From an archaeon (GTDB lineage Archaea > Nanobdellota > Nanobdellia > Pacearchaeales > GW2011-AR1), in the NCBI GenBank assembly GCA_030605415.1, contig JAUWIJ010000006.1, positions 2,335 to 66,334 of the forward strand: 64,000 nucleotides of DNA, in the 5' to 3' direction. How positions within the stretch are numbered: position 1 is the first letter of the stretch; every line of letters begins with the position of its first letter. The notes under the pieces are model-generated. The model was not told the origin of the DNA and did no database searches. It worked only from the letters and a program-made list of their open reading frames with translations. Below are positions 1-8,854 of the stretch, in pieces. The position numbers and the translations under genes were made by a program.

Positions 1-2
1 TG

Positions 3-380
3 CAGGCAACAGCGTCTATCTCTCCGAATATTACTCCTGATTTGGTGAATACAATTGTTTCAAAAGCGAGACCGTCTGATATTAAGATTGTTTTAGATTA
101 TGCGTTGAGTGGGGATTTTGTGAGTTCTAAAGAGAAGTTGTTAGATATTATGTTGAAGGAGTCGATTTCGGGGCAGGATGTGATTAAGGCGATTCAGAAG
201 GAAGTTTGGAATTTGCCGATTGATAATGCTTTGAAGGTTCGGCTGACGGAGAAAACTGGTGAGATTGAGTTTCGATTGGTCGAGGGTGCGGATGAGTTTA
301 TTCAGCTTGAATCTTTAATCGCGGCTTTTGTTATGGCTGGAATTGGTAATGGTGTTGGCGGGTTGAAGGAGAGTGGATAA
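3..380 (+). CDS. rfcS: Replication factor C small subunit, C-terminal fragment (5' end outside window)
   Basis: Frame is open from the window edge. The tail (KVRLTEKTGEIEFRLVEGADEFIQLESLIA) resembles the RFC small-subunit C-terminal domain, and rfcL lies 1 kb downstream. Confidence 0.7.
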   Translation, partial: QATASISPNITPDLVNTIVSKARPSDIKIVLDYALSGDFVSSKEKLLDIMLKESISGQDVIKAIQKEVWNLPIDNALKVRLTEKTGEIEFRLVEGADEFIQLESLIAAFVMAGIGNGVGGLKESG

Positions 381-790
381 TGAAAATTTATATTGCGTGC
401 AGTAAGTATTTTTATTCCGAAATAAAAAAAATTGCTAATATTTTAGAGGACATGGGACATAAAATTAGTTATCCGAATTCTTATGATGAGCCGTTTGCGG
501 AGGAGCGGTTTAAGCAGATGAGTGCGGAAGAACATGCTAAATGGAAAGCGATGATGATGGGCAAGGATAAGGAAAATATTGAGCCGCAGGATGCAATTTT
601 AGTTTTGAATTTTAAAAAGAATAAAATTCCTAACTATATTGGCGGTGCTACTTTTTTAGAGATTTATATGTCTTGGCAATTAAGAAAGAGAATATTTTTT
701 TATAATCCTTTGCCGAATTGCTCTTTTACCGATGAGCTTAAAGGAATAAACCCTATTATAATAAATGGAGATTTGGAGTTGGTACGATGA
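380..790 (+). CDS. Nucleoside 2-deoxyribosyltransferase-like Rossmann protein (tentative)
   Basis: 136-aa ORF overlapping both neighbours by 1-4 nt. The pattern KIYIAC...DAILVLN...GGATFLEIYMS recalls the deoxyribosyltransferase-like fold, but the similarity is weak. Confidence 0.4.
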   Translation: MKIYIACSKYFYSEIKKIANILEDMGHKISYPNSYDEPFAEERFKQMSAEEHAKWKAMMMGKDKENIEPQDAILVLNFKKNKIPNYIGGATFLEIYMSWQLRKRIFFYNPLPNCSFTDELKGINPIIINGDLELVR

Positions 791-1365
791 AAATAATTTT
801 AGCTACGGGGTCGCCCTATAGACAGGCAGTTTTTAGAAATGCGGGAATTGAATTTGAAGCTTATGTAAGTAATATTGATGAAAAGTTTGAGGGTAGACCA
901 ACTGAGCCGTCTGAGCTAGTGAAGGCTCTTGCTGAATTAAAAGCAGAAGAAGTTGCCAAAAATTTTACTGATGGAGTTGTTATAGGGTTTGATTCTTTGG
1001 GTTTTTTTAATGGAGAGATTCTTGAAAAACCAACTTCTTATAACGAGGCTTTTGATAGACTTAGGAGACTTTCTGGGAATTCCTATTCTTTTTTTACTGG
1101 AGTTTATATGAAGAAGTTGCCTACGGGTAATGAAATTGTCCGATGTGTAGAGACAAAGGTGTCAATGAGGATTCTGAGTAATGAAGAGATTAAGGAATAT
1201 TTAATCTCTGATAAAGAAAAACTTTACAAAACTTATGCTCAAGGATTTGACCCTATGAGGGGCATTAGTTCAACATTTATTAAAAATATTAGTGGTAGCT
1301 ATCTGAATATTTTGCAAGGAATTCCGTTGGAAACTGTTGTTGAAATGTTGAGGGAAATAAAATGA
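787..1365 (+). CDS. maf: Maf-like nucleoside triphosphate pyrophosphatase
   Basis: Full-length Maf pattern (KIILATGSPYRQ..., FDSLGFFNGEILEKP..., YAQGFDP). The gene is translationally coupled to its neighbours. Confidence 0.85.
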   Translation: MKIILATGSPYRQAVFRNAGIEFEAYVSNIDEKFEGRPTEPSELVKALAELKAEEVAKNFTDGVVIGFDSLGFFNGEILEKPTSYNEAFDRLRRLSGNSYSFFTGVYMKKLPTGNEIVRCVETKVSMRILSNEEIKEYLISDKEKLYKTYAQGFDPMRGISSTFIKNISGSYLNILQGIPLETVVEMLREIK

Positions 1366-2552
1366 TGAATGTGGATAATATTCCGTGGAGTGAAAAGTAT
1401 CGTCCTGAGGGATTTGAGGATATTAAAGGGCAGGATTTAGCGATAGATAAGATAAGGTTTTTTTTAAAAAGTTTCCCGAAGAAGAGGGCGATTGTTTTGC
1501 ACGGGGCACCGGGGATTGGGAAGACGAGTTTGGCTTATGCGATTGCGTCAGAAATGGATGCCGAGATTATGGAATTGAATGCATCGGATTTTCGGAACAA
1601 GGAAAAGATTTCAGAAATTATTGGTCCGGCGAGTAAGCAGAAAAGTTTGTTTAAAAAACATAAAGTTATTTTGATTGATGAGGTTGACGGAATTTCGGCG
1701 ACTAAAGATAGGGGGGGACTTGGGGAGTTGTTGGTTTTGTTAGAGAGGTCGGTGTTTCCCGTGATTGTTACTGCGAATGATATTTGGAATAAAAAGTTTA
1801 GTTTGTTAAGGCGAAAGGCAGAGATTGTTCCGCTGAAGGAAGTTGATTATAAGGTTGTGTTGGGGATTTTGAATGATGTTTGCGAGAGCGAGAACTGTGT
1901 GGTTTCTAATGAAGTTTTGACGTCGATTGCGATTAGGGCGCGTGGGGATATTCGGGCGGCGTTGAATGATTTGCAGGTTTTGTCGAAGATGGATTCGCCG
2001 GAATTAATTAAAGAGGTCGGGGACAGGAACAGAGAACAATCTATTTTTAGTGCGTTGCAATATGTGTTTCAAAATGCGAAGATTGACGAGGATATGATTA
2101 GGGTTTATGATGAGGTTAATATGCCGATTGATGATATTTTTTTGTGGATTGACGAGAATATCCCGTTGGCGTATAAGGGCGAGGAGTTGTGTCGAGCGAT
2201 TGAGGCGTTGAGTTTGGCTGATGTTTTTAGAGGGAGAATTCGTCGGCAGAGACATTGGAGGTTTATGGTTTATGAGTATTTTTTGTTGGGGGCAGGAATT
2301 GCCAGTGTGAAAAAATATAATCGGAGCGGGTGGGTATCATATAAAAAGCCGTCGAGAATTTTGAAGATTTGGTTGCAGAATCAGAGGGCGGCAAAAAAGA
2401 AGACGATTTGTCAGAAGTATGCGAAAATGTGTCATATTTCGACGAAAACTGCGATGAAAGATTTTTTATTATTGAGAGTTATTTTGGGGAATGAGGAAAT
2501 TAGGAGAGGATTAAAACTGAGTAGTGATGAAATTACCTATTTGGATAAGTAA
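1362..2552 (+). CDS. rfcL: Replication factor C large subunit
   Basis: WSEKYRP motif, Walker A GAPGIGKT, DEVD box, and an archaeal RfcL-type C-terminal region. Confidence 0.85.
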   Translation: MMNVDNIPWSEKYRPEGFEDIKGQDLAIDKIRFFLKSFPKKRAIVLHGAPGIGKTSLAYAIASEMDAEIMELNASDFRNKEKISEIIGPASKQKSLFKKHKVILIDEVDGISATKDRGGLGELLVLLERSVFPVIVTANDIWNKKFSLLRRKAEIVPLKEVDYKVVLGILNDVCESENCVVSNEVLTSIAIRARGDIRAALNDLQVLSKMDSPELIKEVGDRNREQSIFSALQYVFQNAKIDEDMIRVYDEVNMPIDDIFLWIDENIPLAYKGEELCRAIEALSLADVFRGRIRRQRHWRFMVYEYFLLGAGIASVKKYNRSGWVSYKKPSRILKIWLQNQRAAKKKTICQKYAKMCHISTKTAMKDFLLLRVILGNEEIRRGLKLSSDEITYLDK

Positions 2553-2654
2553 TTTTAATTCTTAGCGACTTATACTGCGTTGGACGAACCCTCACGTAGG
2601 AAACTACGCTACGGAACCGTCCGCCTTGTCTAATCCTGCTAAGAATTAAAATTA
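2550..2654. repeat. Long hairpin element H1 starting on the rfcL stop codon
   Basis: Perfect 17-bp arms taattttaattcttagc / gctaagaattaaaatta enclose a GC-richer structured core (gcgttggacgaaccctcacgtagg...cggaaccgtccgcc). Confidence 0.8.
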
Positions 2655-2661
2655 TTTGTAT

Positions 2662-2815
2662 GGAACGGGAGATTTTTAGGAGTTAGGTGGTAGGGACATA
2701 AGCGAGGGATTTGGTATTTGGGATTTGTGGGAACGGGGAATCGGGGAGCTACTAACTATTAATTACCGACTACAAACTGAGAGAGGGGAACGAGAGCGGA
2801 GGAAGGGGGTTGAGG
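2662..2815 (+). repeat. G-rich composite low-complexity repeat (copy R1)
   Basis: A G/T-word arm (gggatttggtatttgggatttgtgg), a G-run core (gggaacggggaatcgggga) and an A/C-word arm (ctactaactattaattaccgactacaaact). The same word families recur at 12 or more loci. Confidence 0.8.
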
Positions 2816-2853
2816 AAATACCGAAAATTTTATTAAGTTGTGATTCTTTTTGT

Positions 2854-3201
2854 ATGAGAAGCAAAATGGAATTAATACAAATAAAAGGAATAAAGAATCT
2901 GATAGATGAAGAGAAAAAATTGTTTAATAAATTATTGAATGAATATTATCCAAAAATTCAAAGGAAATTAAAGAATATTATTTTTTTAGAGGTTCATATT
3001 AAAAAATATGAAAAAGATGGCAAGAGAAAAAAGTATACTATAAATATTAAAGTTGTAGATGGCGCGAATGTGTTTGAGGCGAACGCTCATAACTGGGATT
3101 TTGCGAGAACAATGCACAAGGTTTTAAAGAAAATAGAAAATGAAATAGAGAGCAGATTTCATTCAAGTGAGCAACACCCGAAGGCAAAAAAGAGTTTTTG
3201 A
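2854..3201 (+). CDS. Ribosome hibernation/RaiA (S30AE)-like protein (tentative)
   Basis: Trimmed to Met-44 of the track ORF, because the upstream part reads through repeat R1. The pattern EVHIKKYEK..YTINIKVVDGANVFEANAHNWDFARTMHKVLKKIENEI fits the HPF/YfiA family layout. Confidence 0.45.
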   Translation: MRSKMELIQIKGIKNLIDEEKKLFNKLLNEYYPKIQRKLKNIIFLEVHIKKYEKDGKRKKYTINIKVVDGANVFEANAHNWDFARTMHKVLKKIENEIESRFHSSEQHPKAKKSF

Positions 3202-3294
3202 AACGAATTCTAATTGTTAAAAATTTGATATTATAATTGTAATGTTTTAATAAAATCCAGAAAAGTTTTAATAGTTCGTTTATTTATTTTTTGT

Positions 3295-3918
3295 ATGAAT
3301 AAACAAGGAATGTTGCAAAGTGTTTATAATTATCTTTCTTTATTCGGAGATGTTGACGAGAAAATTTTAGAAGCAATGAAAAAGATTGACAGAAAAGATT
3401 TTATGGATATAAATAAAGAGTTCGCCTACGTTGATAATGCGATGTCAATTGGATATGGTCAGACAATTTCTCAGCCGTCGACAGTTGCCAGAATGTTATC
3501 TTTGCTTAAATTAAAAAAGGGCGATTTTGTTTTGGAAATTGGGACTGGCTCTGGCTGGAATGCTGGTCTGATAAGTTATTTGGTTAAATCAGGAAAGGTT
3601 AAGAGTTTAGAGATTGTTAAGGAGTTGGCAGAAAGGTCAAGGAATAAAATCAAGGAATTGGAAATAAAAAATATTGAGATTAAAGAAGAGGACTTTAGAA
3701 AATTAAAAGAAAAGTTTGATAAGATTATTTTTACTGCGGGCATTTTACACAGCGAAGAAAATATAATTGAAAATTTTGCTCAAGGACATTTAAATGAAAA
3801 CGGAATTTTAGTGTGTCCGCATCAGTCGGGACCTTTAATTATAATTAAAAAGAAGCAGGGAAAAATTAAGAAAGATTATACAAATGAGGAGTATGGGTTT
3901 GTGCCTTTGGTTTTGTGA
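3295..3918 (+). CDS. pcm: Protein-L-isoaspartate O-methyltransferase
   Basis: GYGQTISQPSTVARML and the SAM-binding VLEIGTGSGW motifs. Confidence 0.85.
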   Translation: MNKQGMLQSVYNYLSLFGDVDEKILEAMKKIDRKDFMDINKEFAYVDNAMSIGYGQTISQPSTVARMLSLLKLKKGDFVLEIGTGSGWNAGLISYLVKSGKVKSLEIVKELAERSRNKIKELEIKNIEIKEEDFRKLKEKFDKIIFTAGILHSEENIIENFAQGHLNENGILVCPHQSGPLIIIKKKQGKIKKDYTNEEYGFVPLVL

Positions 3919-4445
3919 TTTTTTTCTTTTTCGGTATTTATTCCATAACACCAAATTTCTGCATCTCTCCATGTGTTCTTGTTAAGACCTGTCTTTAAAC
4001 TGAGATGCTCTAAAAATTCAATTTTATCCGGAATCTGTTTCCAGACCTGTGGCAAAAATGTTGCATTATGAAAACCTTTTTTTAGTATTATTCCCATTTT
4101 ATTATTTATTTTTTTGAGCAGTTCTTCAGGGGTTTTAAATTTTAATTTTTTTGGTTTGCTTAAAATAGAAACTTCAATTTTAATTTTTTTTAGTTCTTGT
4201 TTTTCTAACGGTGAGAATCTTGAGTCGTGGAAAGCAGAATTTATTGCATTTTCCTGAACATCTTTGTATAATTGTCTTATTGAAAATAGTGAGCCAATGC
4301 ACCCTCTTAACTTATTGTTTTTGGTCAAGGTGACAAAGCTTGCTTTTTTTTCTTTATATTTTTCTTTATATTTTTCGTCTGGTTTAAAATTTTTGTTTTG
4401 AAAATAAGCTTCAATTGTTTTTCGTGCAAGTTGTGAGAGGTTCAT
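3876..4445 (-). CDS. AMMECR1 domain protein (AmmeMemoRadiSam system protein A)
   Basis: RGCIGS motif and the FLPQVW region. Start moved to MNLSQLARK so the gene abuts the upstream radical SAM gene instead of overlapping it by 68 nt. Confidence 0.85.
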   Translation of the reverse strand: MNLSQLARKTIEAYFQNKNFKPDEKYKEKYKEKKASFVTLTKNNKLRGCIGSLFSIRQLYKDVQENAINSAFHDSRFSPLEKQELKKIKIEVSILSKPKKLKFKTPEELLKKINNKMGIILKKGFHNATFLPQVWKQIPDKIEFLEHLSLKTGLNKNTWRDAEIWCYGINTEKEKNHKTKGTNPYSSFV

Positions 4446-4449
4446 TTTT

Positions 4450-5463
4450 TTATTTAAAAATTCCTGCAATTTTTTCTCCGCAATAAGGACATTTATCTTT
4501 TTTGAGTTTGTTTTCAATTAAATAACCTGTTCTTTTTATTATTTCTTTTTTACAATGAGGGCAAAAGGTTGGGCTTTCTTCAGGGATGTTTCCAATGTAA
4601 ACATAGTTTAGATGTTTTTTTCCTATTTCATATGCTTTCTTTAAACTCTCGAATGACGTTGGTTGTTTGTTTAACATTTTATATGTCGGAAAAAATCTTG
4701 AGATGTGCCATGGAATATTTTTATCTATTGAGGCAATAAATTTTGCAATTTGTTCCAATTCTTCTTTTGAGTCATTTTCGCCCGGAATAATCAATGTTGT
4801 AATTTCAATCCAGATTTTTTTCTTGTACGCAAGTTTGATTGTTTCTAAAACTGGTTTTAGGCGGGCAGAGCAAATCTCTGTGTAAAATTTATCTTTAAAA
4901 GATTTCAAATCAATGTTCATTGCATCAATGTAAGGAGAAATATAATCTAAACATTTTTTTGTCATAAACCCATTTGTCACTAAAATGTTTTTCAATGCTT
5001 TTTGTTTTGCTAATTTTGCTGTGTCGTGAACAAATTCAATAAAAATTGTCGGCTCAGTATATGTATATGAAATGCTTTTGCATTTATTTTTTAGTGTATC
5101 ATTAACAATTTGTTCAGGAGTTATTTCTTCTCCTATAACTTTTTTATAATATTCTCTAAATTGGGAAATGTCATAATTCTGACAAAATTTGCATTTAAAA
5201 TTGCATCCTACTGTTCCAATTGAATAGGCATTAGTTTCAGGAAGAAAATGATACAAGGGTTTTTTCTCTATTGGGTCAATGTGTTTTGCAACAACTTTTC
5301 CATAAACAAGAAGATAGAGTTTTCCTTTGATATTTTTTCGGACTCCGCAGATTCCTGTTTTGCCTTGTGATATTAGGCATTTATGATTGCAGGCAAGACA
5401 CTGGACTTTATTATCTTTTAATTTTTTGTAGAGAGCACATTGTTTCATAAGATTAATAAGCAT
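4450..5463 (-). CDS. AmmeMemoRadiSam system radical SAM enzyme
   Basis: CNFKCKFCQN radical-SAM cluster, an N-terminal extra Cys cluster, and adjacency to the AMMECR1 and Memo genes. Confidence 0.85.
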   Translation of the reverse strand: MLINLMKQCALYKKLKDNKVQCLACNHKCLISQGKTGICGVRKNIKGKLYLLVYGKVVAKHIDPIEKKPLYHFLPETNAYSIGTVGCNFKCKFCQNYDISQFREYYKKVIGEEITPEQIVNDTLKNKCKSISYTYTEPTIFIEFVHDTAKLAKQKALKNILVTNGFMTKKCLDYISPYIDAMNIDLKSFKDKFYTEICSARLKPVLETIKLAYKKKIWIEITTLIIPGENDSKEELEQIAKFIASIDKNIPWHISRFFPTYKMLNKQPTSFESLKKAYEIGKKHLNYVYIGNIPEESPTFCPHCKKEIIKRTGYLIENKLKKDKCPYCGEKIAGIFK

Positions 5464-5481
5464 GTGTTTATTAAATAGTTT

Positions 5482-6183
5482 ATGGCTGAGTGGTATCCAT
5501 CAGATAAAAATGAGTTGGGTAATTTATTAGAAAAGTTTTTGTCTCAAAAAACAGGTTTTGAGGGTGAGGTGCATGGATTAGTTGTGCCCCATGCTGGTTA
5601 TGTTTTTTCTGGAGCAGTTGCAGGGAAATCTTTTGGTTTATTGAAGAATAAAAAAATAAATAAAGTAGTTGTTTTGGGACCGTCTCATTATGCCGATTTT
5701 CATGGCGTGCGGGCTTTGGAAAAAATTAAAACTCCTTTAGGCGGAGTTAGAATAATTGAAAATGATTTTGAAAAATTAAAATGTGAACATTCTGTTGAAA
5801 ACCAGATTCCTTTTTTGCAATTTTTAAATTCTGAGATTGAGGTTTTACCTTTGGTTGTAGGAGAGATTTCAAATAAAGAAGCTCAGGAGATTGCTAAAGA
5901 AATTGCGAAAATTGACGGAGTTTATGTTTTTTCAAGTGATTTGAGTCATTTTTTCCCTTATGATATTGCTGTTGAAAAAGATAAAAAAACGATTGGAATA
6001 ATTGAGGATTTAGATTTTGAAAAATTTAATGAGGTTGATGCTTGTGGAAAATTTCCTTTATTGATTATGATTCATTTGTGTAAATTATATAACTGGAAAC
6101 CAAAACTTATAGAATATAAAAATTCAGGAGATATTACAGGAGATAAAAATAGTGTCGTAGGTTATGCAAGTTTTGTATTTTAA
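5482..6183 (+). CDS. Memo-like protein (AmmeMemoRadiSam system protein B)
   Basis: VVPHAGYVFSG, GPSH and EHSVENQIPFLQ motifs of the MEMO1 family. Divergent from the radical SAM gene. Confidence 0.85.
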   Translation: MAEWYPSDKNELGNLLEKFLSQKTGFEGEVHGLVVPHAGYVFSGAVAGKSFGLLKNKKINKVVVLGPSHYADFHGVRALEKIKTPLGGVRIIENDFEKLKCEHSVENQIPFLQFLNSEIEVLPLVVGEISNKEAQEIAKEIAKIDGVYVFSSDLSHFFPYDIAVEKDKKTIGIIEDLDFEKFNEVDACGKFPLLIMIHLCKLYNWKPKLIEYKNSGDITGDKNSVVGYASFVF

Positions 6184-6290
6184 GATTTTATAAAAATGAA
6201 TAATTTTTAACATTGAGCCTGCGTGTCAGCTCCAGTTGTATCCCATCCCCACATTGGACTTGGTGCCGTGCTTGAAAATTCATATAAAAT

Positions 6291-7010
6291 TTAATTAGCT
6301 ATACAATTATCAACCCAATTTTTAAGAGCTAATTTATCCATTTCTCTATTTTCATCTGTAAACGCTCCTACATGTATTTCATTTGTTCTTGGGCAAATAA
6401 ACTGTGGGACTCCACCACTACCCATATGTGCCCGAATACATTCATTAATTATTTGAGAACCTTCTGTGTCACTTCCTTCAATCCATTTGAAATTATATCC
6501 TTCTTCTTCTAATGCTTCTACTCCTGGTTTCATTTTTGCACACCATCCACATCCGTCGGAATAATAAAAAATAATTGTTTCATTTGAAATCCCATATTTT
6601 TCAACACATTCGTAGATAGGAATTTTAGGAGTGTTGTCTTGAGCAGTTTGTTGTGGTGTATCCCGAACTGCGTTTGCTGTTAGCGGGATTACCTGTTGTG
6701 TGAACGACTTCCCGTCTTTGGTTACATAGAGTGGGACTTGCTGTCCTTGTATTGATAAGACGACTTGATAAAATTGTCCGCTGTCTTCTACTGAAACCAA
6801 TTCTGCTCCTGCTCCTTGGTTGTTTGCGAATGATAGTATATTTTGTCCAGCTTTTTCTGCACTGACCACTGCACTGGTTGTTGAGCATCCGTTTATTAAA
6901 ATTGCGATTAGTATAACTGCCAATATCACCGTCGAAATTGCCCAATAGTTTTCTGGCAAATTTTTTAGAATTTTCTTGCAGTCAAATTTGCACTTCTTTT
7001 TATCTGTCAT
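6291..7010 (-). CDS. Membrane-anchored thioredoxin/glutaredoxin-like protein
   Basis: N-terminal TM helix and a C-terminal thioredoxin-fold region with the CGWC active-site motif. Confidence 0.6.
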   Translation of the reverse strand: MTDKKKCKFDCKKILKNLPENYWAISTVILAVILIAILINGCSTTSAVVSAEKAGQNILSFANNQGAGAELVSVEDSGQFYQVVLSIQGQQVPLYVTKDGKSFTQQVIPLTANAVRDTPQQTAQDNTPKIPIYECVEKYGISNETIIFYYSDGCGWCAKMKPGVEALEEEGYNFKWIEGSDTEGSQIINECIRAHMGSGGVPQFICPRTNEIHVGAFTDENREMDKLALKNWVDNCIAN

Positions 7011-7060
7011 GTTTTATTGAAAAAACAATTCTTTATAAATGTTTTCGTTAGTTTAGTTAT

Positions 7061-7969
7061 ATGAATATCGAGCAGAAGGTTGCGGAGACTATTAAGAAAT
7101 ATAAATTACTTAAGAAGTCGGATAAGGTAGTTGTGGCTTTGTCGGGTGGGAAAGATTCGACGAGCGTTTTATATATATTGAAAAAATTGGGATATAACGT
7201 CGAGGGGCTGATGATTGATTTGTATTTGGGGCAGTGGTCAGAGATTCATAATAAAAATATGATTAAGTTTTGTAGGGAGATTGGTGTGCCGTTGACGATT
7301 GTTGATTTGAAAAAAGAGGTGGGGCAAAGGATTTGTTTTATCAAAACGGTTTTAAAAAAGCAAAAGAACTTGACGGGGTGCACGGTTTGTGGAATTATTA
7401 AGCGGTGGATTTTGAATAAGTGGGCGAAGAAGATGGGGGCGAATAAGTTGGTGACCGGGCATAATTTGGACGACGAGGCGCAAAATGTTTTGATGAATTT
7501 TTTGAAAGGAAATATTTTGCTCGGGGTGAATTCGTCGCCAGCGACAGGGGGGAGTGGGGACGGAGGGTCGGAGGTTCGGGGTTCGGGGTTCGGGAAAGTG
7601 GGAACAGGGAAGGGGGAACAGCCGACAGCCGACAGCCGACAGCCGACAGCCGAAGGTGGCTTCGTTCAGAGAATTAAGCCGTTGTTTTTTATTCCGGAAT
7701 CTGAAATTATGAAATATGCTAAGAAAAAAAAATTTGATATTTTGTATGATAAATGTCCGTGTGCGTTTGGGACGTACAGGGTTGAGACCAGAGATTGGAT
7801 GAGTAATATAAGTGATGGGGAAAAAATGACGATTGTTAAAGAATTCCAAAAATTAATTCCTAGATTAAGAGAAGGAAATTTTCGGGAAATTAAGAAATGT
7901 AAAAAATGCGGGGAGCCGTCGAGGGGCGAAGTTTGTAGTGCTTGTAAGATTTTTGAATGTCTGAAGTAA
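7061..7969 (+). CDS. PP-loop ATPase of the TtuA/NcsA/TtcA tRNA-thiolation type, carrying an in-frame low-complexity insert
   Basis: SGGKDS PP-loop, GHNLDDEAQ, and a C-terminal CxxC...CxxC zinc ribbon. About 40 codons of Gly/Ser-rich repeat-derived sequence lie in the middle. Confidence 0.75.
   Translation: MNIEQKVAETIKKYKLLKKSDKVVVALSGGKDSTSVLYILKKLGYNVEGLMIDLYLGQWSEIHNKNMIKFCREIGVPLTIVDLKKEVGQRICFIKTVLKKQKNLTGCTVCGIIKRWILNKWAKKMGANKLVTGHNLDDEAQNVLMNFLKGNILLGVNSSPATGGSGDGGSEVRGSGFGKVGTGKGEQPTADSRQPTAEGGFVQRIKPLFFIPESEIMKYAKKKKFDILYDKCPCAFGTYRVETRDWMSNISDGEKMTIVKEFQKLIPRLREGNFREIKKCKKCGEPSRGEVCSACKIFECLK
7536..7655 (+). repeat. G-rich low-complexity repeat inside the TtuA-like CDS (copy R2)
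   Basis: gggagtggggacggagggtcggaggttcggggttcggggttcggg...(gccgaca)x4, the same words as the intergenic copies. No stop codon, and the frame is preserved. Confidence 0.8.
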
Positions 7970-8022
7970 CCTATATATTATATCCCATATTTTCTTATAA
8001 AGGTTTGAAATTTTATTCAGAC

Positions 8023-8787
8023 ATGAAAGAAGGAAAGCTAATTGTTTTTGAAGGAACTGATTGTTCTGGAAAATCTACACAGATTAATTTGTTAATTGAA
8101 AAATTAAAAAGTTTAAATCGTGGAGTTGTAACCTTAGACTTTCCGAATTATTCGACGCCGACCGGAAAGATTGTGCGACGTTATCTTGATGGGGAGTTTG
8201 GTCCTGCGAATGAAATTCCGGCGAAGGTTGCTTCAGTTTTTTATGCAGAAGATAGGTTTGCCTCGAAAAAATTTATTTATGACGAGTTGGAAAAGGGGAA
8301 TGTGACGATTTTGGATAGGTATGTTGAGTCAAATATGGGACATCAGGGAGGAAAGATTCGTGACCGTGCCGAGAGAGAGAAGTTTTTTGAGTGGTTGTAT
8401 AAACTTGAATATGAGAATTTTAAACTACCAAAGCCTGACGCCGTTGTGTTTCTTTATATGCCGTATGAGGTTGGTCAGCAATTGATGTCGGAACGTGAAC
8501 GGAAGTCGGAGTTTCATCCTGGGGCCGAGAAGTTAGATGGACACGAAGGGTGCAAGGAACATATGAAAAATGCGGAGGAGTCATATTTACATTTGGCTGA
8601 ATTGTATGGTTGGATTATGATTAATTGTGCGCCGAACGGAACGATGGCTTCGCTGAAGACGCCAAAAGAAATTCATGAAGAGTTGTGGGAGAAGTTGGAG
8701 GAACGTTTGAAATACAGTGAGGATGAAAGAAAACGAAATGGTTATTGTTGGAAACTGGATTGCGGATGTGATAAATCATATGTCTGA
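8023..8787 (+). CDS. tmk: Thymidylate kinase
   Basis: Start trimmed to MKEGKLIVFEGTDCSGKST (P-loop). The C-terminal ~25 codons are an out-of-frame read of a glyA remnant, so the native end is uncertain. Confidence 0.8.
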   Translation: MKEGKLIVFEGTDCSGKSTQINLLIEKLKSLNRGVVTLDFPNYSTPTGKIVRRYLDGEFGPANEIPAKVASVFYAEDRFASKKFIYDELEKGNVTILDRYVESNMGHQGGKIRDRAEREKFFEWLYKLEYENFKLPKPDAVVFLYMPYEVGQQLMSERERKSEFHPGAEKLDGHEGCKEHMKNAEESYLHLAELYGWIMINCAPNGTMASLKTPKEIHEELWEKLEERLKYSEDERKRNGYCWKLDCGCDKSYV

Positions 8788-8854
8788 TGAATCTGTCCGT
8801 GAGAAAATTCGGGAAGAGGTTAGAGAAATGTGTAAGGGGTTTTGTTTTTATTAA
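8711..8854 (+). pseudogene. glyA: Serine hydroxymethyltransferase 3'-terminal remnant
   Basis: The +1 frame reads NTVRMKENEMVIVGNWIADVINHMSDESVREKIREEVREMCKGFCFY*. This matches the SHMT C-terminus pattern (RGxKExEM...IADV...V...IrxxVxxlcxxfPxY), and no upstream part of the gene exists. Confidence 0.65.

Noticed and set aside
2725-2853. N-terminal extensions of track ORFs: 2725, 3876..4517 (5' 72 nt), 7957, 9952, 23712, 33521, 34055, 34257, 38733 and 58454.
   Set aside because: The extensions run through repeats, tRNA genes, promoters or upstream genes. In each case an internal Met aligns with the conserved N-terminus of the family.
6200-6290. GC-richer stretch after the Memo gene (gagcctgcgtgtcagctccagttgtatcccatccccacattggacttggtgccgtgcttg), considered as a gene fragment or sRNA.
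   Set aside because: Neither strand gives a recognisable peptide or a convincing structure. It is too short to judge without a search.
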